64,000 nt of DNA, taken from the NCBI RefSeq assembly GCF_018350175.1, contig NC_058368.1, positions 77,998,001 through 78,062,000 of the forward strand, written 5' to 3'. Origin of the DNA: Felis catus (taxonomy: Eukaryota). The notes beneath the pieces are model-generated. The model worked only from the letters and a program-made list of their open reading frames with translations. It did no database searches and had not been told where the DNA came from. A program made the translations under genes and the position numbers. How positions within the stretch are numbered: position 1 is the stretch's first letter; every line of letters starts with the position of its first letter. Below, piece by piece: positions 12,473-25,940 of the stretch.

Positions 12473-14477
12473 CTTGAACAAGAGGGAAAAAAAAGTGTCC
12501 AAACAGGTTCTTCTCACAGTGAAGACATAAGAATATCTCTGGGTCCATCTATTCCCAGTCACCCATCTCTGGAGGGTAGAACAATGAGAACAAAAAGGGA
12601 AAGAAAAAATGGAAGAGGCAAAGTGAATACGCACGTTCACTTCAGAGGGTATTTATCTGCACCTACAAATAACTGCAAACACAGAGTGCATGCCAGGCAA
12701 ACAGGCGAAGATTAGCTAAGGTAACATTAGAGCCACACATCTGCAAGTTTTACTCGGAACACAGGGGTAATTACAAACCATGCCTGCGTTTCTGGATAAC
12801 ATAAACTACAGTCAAACAATAGTCAGGTCAATGGAACTTGCTCACTCTTGGGCCATACATACATAAATACACATTCTCATGAAAGAAGGGGAAGAAAAGT
12901 GACTGATCAAAAGAAGGGAAAAGCTGTAATTAACAAGGTTCATCATTCGAATGCAGTAAGGCATCCCTCTATACAAGCCACAGGTCAGCAAAGAGATGGA
13001 AAGTCTCACTGAACTTGGCCAGTGCACCCCTCTCTGGGTTAGCTCTGCCTCTCTCTACAGGCTACACACCCCTAGCCTTCTAACAAGGTGAGGCATACAA
13101 TGATGGAAGAAAGGGCCTTTACGTTTTTCTGTATAAAGTATCCACTCTCCTCAAATAAACTCCATACTCAGATGGTAGAAGGCTCTGTTCTTTTACGAAT
13201 TCAACATATCTCTTTATCTTAGCATAATGCTGAACACACAGCGATTATGATGCTTATTATCTCTAATAACACCACAGTGCATAGAACACTTTACATTGTG
13301 CCATTCGTAAAGCCAAATTACCACAAGCTAATAATGAGTGAAGGCTTAACATACATTTTCAAGATTCCATTGACTATAACATTCTGGAAGAAAACATTTT
13401 CTTCTCCAACTTTATTCTCCGGTGTCTTGTGCTGAGTCAGTACAAGTGAGGAAAATTCTCCTACACTGTAGAACATTTTTTTGTTCTTTTTTTCCTCCTC
13501 CTCCTCCTCCTCCTGGTGGAGTTTTAAAACCTATCTTGCTTCTTACCAGACTGATGCCTCCCAGACTCAAAAGTATATCAATATAGTCTATTTGTGTCTT
13601 ATTATTTTTCTATGCTACCATTTTTTCAAACATCAAGTATTGATAGTTAAATCATTTACATCAAAACATGCTTTGATGCTAATGTAAGATAATCTCTGTG
13701 TGTGTTAATTATCCAGACTAATAATTCTCCTTAAAGAAATTTCCCTCTTCAGATTTAAAGTCATGATTATTGGATTTCCTTTTATTTGTCTTATGTACTT
13801 TGCTTCTTTCAACTTTCTGAGTCCTATAATAAATTGAGCACAGTTTTTAGTCACATCAAATAGCATCAAATTTGCTAACATTCATTTTTCCCCATTATGG
13901 AACTACTCTGCTATATTTTTTAAACTGAATTTTTTTCTAGCATAATATAATACTTTGCTTACCATTTCCCTTGTATTTAATCTAACGGACTCTCTTTGAC
14001 ATTGCAATTATCCCAATTTTCTCCTTCTATTTGATAGGGCCAGTTGACTGAGATGTGTTTAATCTTAATTTCCACCGGCCATGATACGTTGCTATCCCAA
14101 TGCCATCTAAATTTTCCATGAATCTGTATTTCTCCCAATAATTACTAATCATCTCTGAATGTATTAATCTCTGTTTTTATTGATCTTTATTATTCTTCCA
14201 CCTTCTCTAAACACTGATGTTATTTTATGCTTTTAACGTGTCCTTCCCCTCTATCACTCATGAAATAGCCTCCTTGTTTCTTCCTGGTGGTCTGAAATCC
14301 AATTCATTCTCCAAGACGCCATCAGTTATCTCTCTGAAATACCCAACTTAACCCTTACGTGAACAAAATTTTTCAATGGCATCCCTCATTATGGAATGAG
14401 GAAAAGTTCCTGAGTAGAAAAACTCTAACAGTCTGACCCATGCATGTTCTACCACATTAAAAATCACACCATACTCA

Positions 14478-14697
14478 GGGCACCTGGGTGCCTGGGTGGC
14501 TCAGTCAGGTAAGCACCTGACTTGTGATTTTGACTCAGGTCCTGATCTCACGGGTCAGAGGGATTGAGCCCCTTATCAGGCTTGGAGCTGTTAATGCTAA
14601 CAGCTCCGAGCCTGCTTGGGATTCTCTCTCTGCCCCTCTTCTCCTTGCATGCATATGCTCTCTCTCGCTCAAAATAAATAAACTTAAAAAAAAAAAA
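14478..14697 (+). mobile_element. CanSINE, older, with a duplicated cctgggtg in the head
   Basis: gggcacctgggtgcctgggtggctcag head, aataaataaa and poly-A tail. Confidence 0.95.
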
Positions 14698-16739
14698 GTA
14701 CAACATACTTATGTTATTTTCCTAGTCTGCACAAGAAAGAATTTTCATCAGACTTAATAAAATGCATTTTAATAGAAATGGCCGAAGATGATCATTTTAT
14801 TTTTCTCTATCTTTAAAAAGTTTGGAAGCAATTTTCACCAATTTAAATAGCATACCTGTTTCCCTCAGTTTGGGTTACATGGTTCTATGGAAGTCTTTCA
14901 AAAGCAAGGCATAGTGCTATGATTTGGAAAACAATATTCTTGGCCACAGAGATGTGTTGACATGGAAGGAAGGATACACAATTTTCCCCATAATTCATGC
15001 TTCCTGCTTTTATCCTCATGGAGACAGGACGCCTTGGCAGCTATCCACTCACTAACAATCAGTGGCAGGCAATTTTCTTTTTGTGTATTTTCTTCTCCTT
15101 TGCATGCAACATTATTTTTCAGAGGGCACAATGAAATCAAATTCACATTAAATATAATAATGCCCGTTGAGCATGCTGGCTTCTTATCTCTAGAGGTTAA
15201 GATCTTTTTCATTCAGAACTGAAACACTACTGTTATTAATTGTACTGCTGTATTATTAGTAACACAATTTTCCTACTAGCTGCACAAAAACTACTGAAAC
15301 ATAGCTGCAAAGTTCCATGTTATGACAGCCTTGCAATGACACTATTATCATCGATCCCTTCCTTCTCTTTTATTCCTTCATTTGTGTTCTTCCTGTCTCT
15401 CCTTTGAATTCTGAAATATATTCAAGAAGCAGATGAGCCAAGACGTAGTGCAATATAAATTATTAGGAATTGTATACAGAGTGGAAAATCTTTCCATTTG
15501 GAAGAGTTTTACAGTTTCATGTTAAGCATCTCTAAGTAGAGTGTGCCAATGGGAGATAAAACAACACTTTGCTCCCAAACGAAGTCCTCCTGGCTAGTCC
15601 GACACTGAATGCATCCCACAGCACAAAAGTGCTGGCAATAAGAAAAAACAATCTACCCAAAATATATTGTGGAATGACAAGCGATGTTTGCCAAATTAGT
15701 GAAAAGAGTAAAAACATAAATTATGGCCTTTCGAGCACGTATAAATGCCAGGAACTTTATGTTTTCTCTTTGAAGCTCACAACAAGTCTCTCATAATTAG
15801 CCTCAGGTTACAGAAAAACCCAGCCTCAAGAGAGCCCAATAAATTTAAAATCCCACAACCAGGAAATGGCAGACGTCAGTGCCCCTAGGCTCATTGATCC
15901 CCAAAGCCCGAGTTCCCAACCACGGTATATCCAGACCTTCCACTCAGCTCCTAATCCTCCCACCCACCACACTAGGGGAAAACCTCGCGAAAATGACTGT
16001 GGCCTTAGACATCACTGCAGTGATTGAAACACCTTCTGTAGGGATATGAAAATATCACTGCAAAATCAGAAGCAAATTATTCTGGTGCAGCCACCAGCCT
16101 CCTCGCATTACGCCCCATTTACAGCCTCTTCCAAGGGGCTGGCTCGGCCAGGACCCTCTGGGTGCTGACATGGAGGGGGCATGCCTTGCTCAGCACAATG
16201 CCTGGGTATTCACTCCGTGAGTACTGGTTTTCCAGAACCTCCTTTGGGTCTCCCTTCCCCTTGGATATGTAAACACACAGATGGTGGGAGCAGCAGAGAA
16301 ACTTCTATTTCAACCGTTTTTCTACAGACCCCCAGGTCCCCCCTACTTGCCCCCAGCCCCCACCACAGTTAAAGGCTAGAAAGTGGCCTCATTGTTTACT
16401 TTTACAAGTAACTCTTACAATTAACAGGGTTTGTTTTGCTTATAATAAATTTCAGGGCAGAAGGTCTGGGACTAATTCTGAAGTGCTTCTAAAAATAGAA
16501 TGAACACATAAAAATGTTTTATGCAAAAGATCACCAAAAGAATGCTGGGAATTTGGAAAGCATAAGATGATGAGGTCAGTGGACGGGAGCAAAAGGGCAA
16601 GAGTGAGCATCCAAATGTTGGTTAGGATCCCTTGACCCAACACAGGAAGAAGGAGCATGAATGGGTAAAGACTCTGGGATTGTAGTTACATTGTTTTTTG
16701 ACTAATTGTAAGAGAGGGGAGAAAATCCACATCAGCTGA

Positions 16740-16925
16740 AGAAGAAACACACAGGGAGTGAGGGAGAGTAAAAAAGGAAAAAGAGGGAAGGAGAAAGAAA
16801 AGGGAGGAGGAGGGAAGGAGGAAGAGGCAGAGAGGGGAGAGGGAGTTGGAAGAAAATAGAGGGAGAGGAAGGAAGGGGGAGGGGAGGGAGGGGGAGGGGG
16901 GAGGCAGGCAGAGGGAAGATGGGGC
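16740..16925. repeat. GA-rich low-complexity tract with G-runs
   Basis: Near-pure purine sequence including gggggaggggagggagggggagggggg. Confidence 0.9.
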
Positions 16926-19900
16926 TTAATAAATATTTTGAAGAACCAAGCTGTATCTAACAACTTCTTTTACAATTGTCACCCTTAAAGGCCTATCATT
17001 AATATTTGTTGCTTGACTGGAGTTTAGGACCGAGAAAGCAAGGAAAAGAGAAAGAAAAGAAAAAGACAGTAGAGTACAGCTGAAGTTTGGAGTTAGGCAT
17101 TGCCTAACTTTTGGGGGCAAGATAACTAATGCTGAAATGAAGTAGGAAGCTGAAGATACTTCACTCTCAAATTTGACATTTTGTAAGAAATCTTCTTTAA
17201 TTAGGTTAGCGTCCTATTATTGTTATTCATATTGTTTTTCTAGAAGCTCTGTCATGGCTTGCATTTGTTCAATTACATAAAATGAGTTTAAAACAGTCAA
17301 AGTAATTTCTAAATCACAAATGACAGAACACTCAAGCCTTTCTCTCAGTATCACTTGGACTGAGTTAGAATACTTTGCTCTTTCTCTAAAATAATAAACT
17401 CTAGATCTTTGGGGTTGTTCTAGAAATAGCTTTTATGCCACAAACCGATTCTATATTACTCCAGCTCCCCAATCACATTTCAAGGGAATTGGTTTGCATC
17501 ATTTCTTTTGCTACAGGCTCTATACAATCTGTCACTTAAACTATTTAAATGCCCTTAAATATCACTTGTCCTCATATGTTTTGACTGTCCTCCAGTCTTG
17601 TCTACACATTGATAAAAAAATTAAAGGTACAGTATGGAGCATAATAGTAAGATATTTGTTAGAGAAGCATTTACACTACAATGTCATTTGCTGTCACAGA
17701 AATCTGGAGATTCTAGATGACTGAACGTAATTATTTCATTACAATTATTCTCCACTGCCTCCGTAGCTAATTTTCTTTCCCAGGTACCCATGCGTACAAA
17801 CAACAGCAGTGACACAGCTCCGAGATATTTCCGAAGAGCAGATCAACTGTACCATGATGATGTCAATTTGTTGTAAAATATTTGCAAGCAAGGTCCTGAA
17901 TAGATGAACAATTACTAAGGAGGTGCGAGTACAATGCCTTCCTAGGTGATGCTCAGGTATCATTCTTCCCTCGTGTACAAGGAACTCCAAGAAAAATCCA
18001 ATAAAAGGTAATAATAACAAGACAGATGGTTTGGGCAGGACCTTGGCAGCTGTCGATAGAAATTATAGATCAGTGCATTCCATTCCTTACAAGTTTTTCT
18101 AGAAACTGATTGCAGAAATTAAAATCCTGTCAGGGCCAACTAAATGTGTGCCCTATATTGCTAACATAATATTCAGTTGGATGTGAACAGATTTTAATTT
18201 CATATCCTAATTAACACTGATAGAGAACAATTTCAAAAATGTTTCACAAGGGTGAACCAAGTCTACTCAGCTCTCTAAAATTGGTCGTGAATATATGCAT
18301 ACACATAGACTCCCTCATTGTGCGCCTCCTTCCTCTTTCCCAGCACACACCCTGCACTGTGCTGGCTGAATGAAATGATTGTGAATTACTCTCTGTCTTT
18401 TGCACATTTCATTGCCTGAGTTCTATCACTATTTGTGTATCAGCGGTTTGAGGACCCATCTCGTTTGCTTAAGTTTTTAGGTGGGAATGTGTTTTAGAAA
18501 TTAAAAAAAAAATTGCAAAAGGACATTTGCATGAAATGTATCTCATGCAAACACCTGAATAGGAAAAGCTCTTCACTGGCAAGGTATTTAAATCTATTAT
18601 CAAGGAATTATTTGCTGGATGGCTCCTCTCACAGATAAAGAAAAGATACTTGTATCAAAAATCAATATAGGTTTCAAAACTTTTGTGTCACAATTTTTAT
18701 AATTGTTTTGTTTCAATTTGTAAGACTGTCCCTTTTTCTTTCATTGGAGAAAATGTATTTTTCACTTAGCAGGTTACAAATTAGTATGCTGTACAGATAT
18801 CCCAGAAAATTTTCACATTACCACAGGTAGAAATGACATTAGCAGGCTTCCCAACGCATGCCTCTGGGATATTTTCAATTTTTCTTTCATAGGCTGCATC
18901 TATTTTATCTGTATATACTACAGATGACTAAAAGAAACACAAGCTTTGCAAATAATACCAAAACCATACTATTTATAAACTATATCTTTATATAAATATA
19001 TATAGGATATATATAAAATATATCCTATCCCATGTAATAAGGATCTGAACTAAGGCTGAGAACTTTGGAATAAAGAGGAAATAGCCAGGGAGGGGTGAAA
19101 GCTTGAAGTTTCCAGCTTTGCTGATGTGAGAACAATGGTGAACGATGGCGTTACTTCTGCTCCTGCTGGATGTAAGCATTCACCAGAGAGAAGCATTTCA
19201 AATACAACACAGCCATACCTCTATCTCAGATTGTGACTCAGGGCGTTATGCCTTTGGTCCTAGCAGAGAGGGAGAGAGAATGAGCCAGGGGCACAGGCAG
19301 GTACCTGGGATGTGGTGGTCTGTGCAAATAATTGAGATAAAGGAGAGCTTGTAGGTACGTCGAGTGTTGGCTCAGTTTTTCTCCCCACCGACCCTAAATG
19401 TTTCTTCACCTCTGTCACACCTCTGTGAGTCCTGTAGGAGAACATCTTTTCTTTGCTCGTCTCCTCTGTGAGCCACAGCATGCTGCACTGCCACAAGATC
19501 AGCTAGACACGTCCAGTGGCTCTGTTTCTGTTTTCTGAGTGGGAGTGGACACCCACAGACGGTAAGTAGATGGAACAATTTAGGCAGGAAATGATCTGTT
19601 TTCCTTTAAGGAGGGGCTCACCTCCCCATTCATCTCATTATTGGACCAGAGCGTATAATTAATGAGTAACATTCTTGGCTTTCAGAGCTCGTATCAGCAC
19701 AAGTTTCGCTTTTCTAGACCCAGAATGGCACTAAGCTTTCCAAACTGGTGGGGGTTTCCCAGGCCATAGTCTTTCGATCTCCTTTGCCCTTAATTATAAA
19801 AAAGCTACTCTAAGTGCATGGCTAGGGCTACAGACCCCAAGGAAAACCTCAAACTAACACTCCAGGAGCCACCAATCTGAGCAAAGACAGAAGGGCAAGA

Positions 19901-22900
19901 TACTTGTCCTGAGTAATGGAATCTTCTCTAGTTTTCCACACCAGCTTTTCTGCAAAACAAACACAGCATGCCCCCCCGTGATGGTCACTTCTTCCTCCTG
20001 GATCACTGATTTGGACAGAGGGTAACATCTAATATTTCCTTCTTCTTCCATTATTCTCAAAGTGAGCCGGTTCATCACCCTGCTTCCAATCTCGGGGGAT
20101 TGCCCACATCATAAAACTGGTAGTGTCACGGAGTGTTCCCCCATCATGATGCATCACCAAGTGCTGTCCACTCTCCACTCAACCTGTCACAGTTTATGTT
20201 CTCTCCTGTAGTTTCCCGGGATTATCTTTCCAAAGCAGAAACGCAATCATGCGAATCCCCCATGGTAAGACCTCCCACTGATGCCAAACACAGCACAGAC
20301 TAAAATCCAGGCCTGCTTCCTGTCCCCCCCCCCACCCCCGCACCCCCACCCGCCCTGCATCTCATGGTTCTTCTCCGTGTCTTCAAGACCTCGCGTGCGC
20401 CCACCTCCTGTCCGGCATGCTCCTCGGTCATTCATTGGAAAAACGTCTTCTGCATCCGTTAAGCCCAAGGCACTGCTCCAGTGCCGGAAAGTAGGAGCAA
20501 AAACACTCCGGTTCTATCCTCACTCTTTGCATGTCCTCCTTCTTCAGTGGGGCTTAAAGAACATTTCCTTTCTCGAAGAAGCTTTCTCAATCTTTGCCTA
20601 GTATAAACTCATCTTATATGGTCCCACCGTGCAGCCTTGGGGATCTACAGTGGAATGACCCCCTGCTGGCAGGTGAGCTCCCCGAAGAAAGCGATGGTCC
20701 GTCTTAGCCCGTCACAAACCCACCATGCAGGGGGTACCAATACACACGTGCTGAACTCAACCAATTTCTTTGTCACCATGGAAGAATATTGCTGCACTCT
20801 TATGTTGCCTCTACTGATCTTATATATTACACACAATCTTCTTAAATGTGCAACATGTCGCCATCGATTTCCCCCAAACCTATCAGTATCACTGGCACTG
20901 ACAGTTCCAAACAAGTTTCACTTGCAGGCTCTCTGGCACAGGTATAGGTAATACTTCAGATGTCCAAGGTACTTTCATTCCTTGATAATTACAAAATAAA
21001 CATGCTTATTCTCCATCCTCCCAGGGGCTCTTTTATTCTTACTGAGGAGGAGTTGGGCGAACCTATAACAGACTGCAGCGTCTATCCACCTTCTCCTGAC
21101 CCTTTATTTCCATGCAGGGAAAAAAAATGCACGGTTTCCATATTTGCAAATTACATTCCATGAGTAAATGCACACTGACCTCAGAAATAGTATACTCTAT
21201 TTAATCCTATGTGCAATCAACTCCCAAGATTTGGATCACAGCAGCAAATTATATGCAAATTCAGCATAGTTTTATAGTTTCAGAAGTCTTGGATAAATAT
21301 TTTGCAAGCATCTTCTTCGTGAATTGCTAACAGTTCTAACTCCTGTCGATGCTGGATTTTCAGTTTAACTGCCTGTGGCTTCTTCTGGCCCAGATCCCTG
21401 ACGTGGACAGGGCTGCTGATCATAAAATCATGGGAGATGTTTCATGTACCAAATTAAAAGGGCTAGACCCAACACCTGTCGTTTAAAAATGAGGTTTAAA
21501 GTGAAAACAGATTGACTGCCTTCAAATATATTTTTACTGTTATTCAATGTTCTAAATAGATTTTGTAGAATTATATAGAAAGAAACATTCAGAAAGCTCA
21601 CCCTTTTATAACAGTTTCAGACTGCAAGTATTCTGAACTGAGCATATAAACCTCAAAGTGACCTAGAGAGAAAAGGAATGTACACGGATTTGTGCAGGAA
21701 TGACCTAGTTTCTAATACTAAATATTCCACTGTGCTCCAGGTTCTGTCACTGACAGCTTTAAAATTCTCTATGCCTTTAGGTGTTTCCTTAATGCAGTCA
21801 CTGATGATGTGGCTTCAGGCTGACCTTTTAATTTGGGAGAAGATGAAATAAATATAACGTGTTTTACTACTTGTAAAAACGTTAAAACACTAAAATGTTA
21901 AAACATTCTAGATGAAATTAAGGAAATTCTTTTAGAAAAGAACGAAAACAGAGTAATAAATCTCGGGGCACATCATCTTTTTACAAAGTTGGTTATGGAT
22001 TGTGTCCATCTCGTGTTATGATTTCATAAAACTTTTAAATGATAACAATATATAACTTCATGAGTTTTAGAAAGCAACGGATTCTTCACTCATCATTAAG
22101 CATGGTATCAATATGTGACATCTCGTAGGAAAAGTAGAATGCCTTTGTGTGAGGTTGATTCAGTACACCAAGTAGATGAGAAAAATCTGAAATTCACTGG
22201 AAGAATATTTCTTACAAAAGTCATTTCTTAATCTCTGACCTACCATTAGGATCATTTCCAAAGAAACTGAAATGTCTGCATTTTCTTTTCTGTACATGTC
22301 TCCAACCAACTACAGGTAATTGAAAATAAAAAAGGCTTTTTAGTAGTCTTTTAACCCCAAGAATTTAAATGCAAGGAATCAATAACACATGCTTAAAACC
22401 TCCTGACTCACACGCATGATGCTACTTTACTTCTTTTCTTTCCAAATAATTCTTATAAATCATATTGCTTTGCTAACAGACACGCTGTAATTCTTTTTCA
22501 AAGTTAATACAATTTTTGGCAGGTTCCTCCTATTTCTATTTTTGTGATTTCTCATATGTATTTAAAACTTTAAATCTCCAGCCAGTAGACACTTATTAAA
22601 ATACCTAATAGTAACACATGCTTGCAAAAAACATAAAACATGAAGATATTTTGTTTCTTCTAGTATTAATCTCTTCCTGAGTTCTTTGTAAGTTGTTATA
22701 AAATATTCAATATGAAAGTATGATGATTTCATTGATCTGAGAGTCGGCTTATTCAGCTTCATAAAGCACTTTGTTTTATGGCAAAGTGTAATTCTCAAAA
22801 TCGAATGTGCACCCAGAATACAAACTACCACCATGCGTAAATATACAATGTGGTGGGTTATTGACTGATATTTCTGCACCTGGCTGACTCGGCAAAAAAT

Positions 22901-23752
22901 CAAATATCAAGGAGGTAAAAACAAAAGGTTTAACACTTCAAATAAAGGATCCGCAGGCATCTAAAAATCCCAACAAAGATACGAACATTTTCAAAAGACA
23001 TGAACGTTAATTTTCAGCAAAAAGAAAAATCAAGCAGCCCTTGTAGATTTTATATTATTATTTCCACACCACATTGCCTGCCTACATATTGGGATAAAAT
23101 AGTAAATGTTATCGATGATAAACAAACACAGCGATTTCAACGCGGCTCCTTCTACAAACAGTTACTATACGCAGGAAGCAAATATTATCTACTGAGCTCT
23201 AGGCCTTCCTCAGCCAGGCTATTTAGGAAAATTACGTTATTTTTTTTTTTCTTTTCAGGTCTCGTGTAGTGTATGTATCCGAGGGGACCATAATGATAGC
23301 TAATCTGTAAAGGTACTATGGGACCCAAGTGCTTTTGTGGCCCAGATATATATTCCACAGGGAATACTTTATAAGACTACCATGGAAATGACTGCAGCAA
23401 ATATTTATAATGAAATGCTTATGCTATTTATTTAGATTTTTTGATACTGAAGGAATCTCTCCCGACGCTTTTCCCCCCAGAAAATATAAATTTCACTTAT
23501 GTTGTTTAAAATTTTTTCCAAGATTCTTACTACCTTTGACTTGGTTCAGCCTTTCTCTTTCTCCTGACTTCCTATGCAATTGCACTGTTTTAGCTTCAAC
23601 AGATCCTCTGGCTGTGAACATCAACGGTGAGCAGAGGTTCTTAGAAAGACACCTGACTCATCAGAAAAGAAAGCTTAGCTGATAGAGGGAGAGGTCTCGC
23701 CGATCTTCATTTTCACTTCTAGTTGTGACAGAATCCTCAATACACAGATAAA

Positions 23753-23890
23753 AAGTATCCGACTTTGGCTCAGGTCACGATCTTGTGGTTTGAGAGCTCA
23801 AGCCCTGCGTCAGGCTCTTTGCTGACAGCTGGAGCCTGGAGCCTGCTTCAGATTCTGTGTCTTCCTCTCCTTCTGCCCCTTCCCCCTTGT

Positions 23891-23941
<51 letters not shown>

Positions 23942-23958
23942 AATAAATAAACATTTAA
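23753..23958 (+). mobile_element. 5'-truncated CanSINE
   Basis: Starts at aagtatccgactttggctcagg without the GGGGCGCC head; long (CT)n and A tail. Confidence 0.93.
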
Positions 23959-24481
23959 GAAGTACTCCTTGGACAGATTAGGAGAACAATGTGGAAAACA
24001 ATGCAGTAAGAGAAAAGGCATTTGGAACATAACTTCCTAAATCTCTTAAAATTTATCTCTCTGCTTCTGCTCATAATATGAGACATAGCTGGGAATAAGG
24101 TCGAGCCGCCTAAAAAGGCAGGTCCAAATCTAAGTGCTCCGTGACCAGATTGTCCCATTTAGGACCCACTCCCACGGCTGGAAACAGGTGACTAATCAGT
24201 CTGCTTTTCTTGACTAATATCAAGACCAGGGCTAAGAAATCTTGTTTCCTGACATCAAAGACCATGCACATGTTTGCAGTGAAAATCACACCAGTGAGAA
24301 GAAAACAATCCGCTCTGAGAATCTGAGCCCAGACCATGCTAAGCCACTTCCATGTCAACACAGAGCTTCAGACCAGAAGCTTTTGGATTCGGTATTCCAC
24401 ATTTCTCTTAAATGTGTAGTTTGCAAAGAAAATAAAACCCCAATCCCACATCCACTCCTTCACACCACTGTGAATCAGACC

Positions 24482-24574
24482 ATGAATTTCTAGGTCTGAT
24501 TTTTAGGTTTAACAAAACCTAATTTCTAGGTCTGATGAATTTCTAGGTCTGATTTTTAGGTTTAACAAAACCTA
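24482..24574. repeat. Complex tandem duplication, 40 bp + 13 bp + 40 bp
   Basis: atgaatttctaggtctgatttttaggtttaacaaaaccta at 24482-24521 and 24535-24574, separated by atttctaggtctg. Confidence 0.92.
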
Positions 24575-24586
24575 GGAGTGTGGTTT

Positions 24587-25938
24587 TTGTTTAATATGAA
24601 ATTTATGCTCAAACTGGTTTCCATACAACACCCAGTGCTCATCCCAACAGGTGCCCTCCTCAATGCCCATCACCCACCCTGCCCTCTCTCCCACACCCCA
24701 TCTACCCTCAGTTTGTTCTCAGTTTTTAAGAGTCTCTTATGCCTTGGCTCTCTCCCTCTCTAACCTCTTTTTTTTTCCTTCCCCTCCCCCATGGACTTCT
24801 GTCAAGTTTCTCAGGATCCACATAAGAGTGAAAACATATGGTATCTGTCTTTCTCTGTATGACTTATTTTACTTAGCATAACACTCTCAAGTTCCATCCA
24901 CGTTGCTACAAAAGGCCATATTTCATTCTTCTTCATTGCCACATAGTATTCCATTGTGCATATAAACCACAATTTCTTTATCCATTCAGCATGGTATTGG
25001 CACAAAGACAGACACATAGACCGATGGAATAGAATAGAAACCCCAGAACTAGACCCACAAAAGTATGGCCAACTAATCTTTGACAACGCAGGAAAGAATA
25101 TCCAATGGAAAAAAGACAGTCTCTTTAACAAATGGTGCTAGGAGAACTGGACAGCAACATGCAGAAGGATGAAACTAGACCACTTTCTTACGCCATTCAC
25201 AAAACCAAATTCAAAATGGATAAAGGACCTGAATGTGAGACAGGAAACCATCAAAACCCTAGAGGAGAAAGCAGGAAAAAACCTCTCTGACCTCAGCCCC
25301 AGCAATTTCTTACTTGACACATCCCCAAAGGCAAGGGAATTAAAAGCAAAAATGAACTATTGGGACCTCATGAAGATAAAAAGCTTCTGCACTGCAAAGG
25401 AAACAATCAACAAAACTAAAAGGCAACCAACAGAATGGGAAAAGATATCTGCAAATGACATATCAGACAAAGGGCTAGTATCCAAAATCTATAAAGAGCT
25501 CACCAAACTCCACATCCAAAAAACAAATAATCCAGTGAAGAAATGGGCAGAAAACATGAATAGACACTTCTCTAAAGAAGACATCCGGATGGCCAACAGG
25601 CACATGAAAAGATACTCAATGTCGCTCCTCATCAGGGAAATACAAATCAAAACCACACTCAGATACCACCTCACGCCAGTCAGAGTGGCTAAAATGAACA
25701 AATCAGGAGACTATAGATGCTGGCGAGGATGTGGAGAAACGGGAACCCTCTTCCACTGTTGGTGGGAATGCAAACTGGTGCAGCTGCTCTGGAAAAGTGT
25801 GGAGGTTCCTCAAAAAATTAAAAATAGATCTACCCTATGACCCAGCAATAGCACTGCTAGGAATTTACCCGAGGGATACAGGAGTGCTGGCGCACAGGGG
25901 CACTTGTACCCCAATGTCTATAGCAGCACTTTCAACAA
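24587..25938 (-). mobile_element. Felid L1 (L1_Fc-like), 5'-truncated and 5'-inverted
   Basis: 3'UTR and ORF2 end on the minus strand 24587-~24988, ORF2 segment on the plus strand ~24987-25940; TSD taggag(t/c)gtggttt at 24573-24586 and 25939-25952. Confidence 0.95.
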
Positions 25939-25940
25939 TA
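24990..25940 (+). pseudogene. L1 ORF2p C-terminal fragment (non-functional)
   Basis: ORF track peptides [29 protein letters not shown]...RYHLTPVR and [15 protein letters not shown]; stop at 25139-25141 and frameshifts. Confidence 0.93.

Noticed and set aside
16622..16963. 113-aa proline-rich ORF
   Set aside because: Reverse translation of the GA-rich low-complexity tract.
21275..21397. Minus-strand frame DLGQKKPQAVKLKIQHRQELELLAIHEEDACKIFIQDF after a cag
   Set aside because: Weak pyrimidine tract, no donor and no recognisable homology.
24482..24574. Direct repeats with internal hairpins resembling a CRISPR array
   Set aside because: Mammalian context, only two units, the spacer is itself repeat-derived, and there are no cas genes.
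25169..25840. 223-aa ORF as a host gene or active retrotransposon
   Set aside because: It is an L1 ORF2 fragment in a truncated, inverted copy with no promoter, ORF1 or RT domain.
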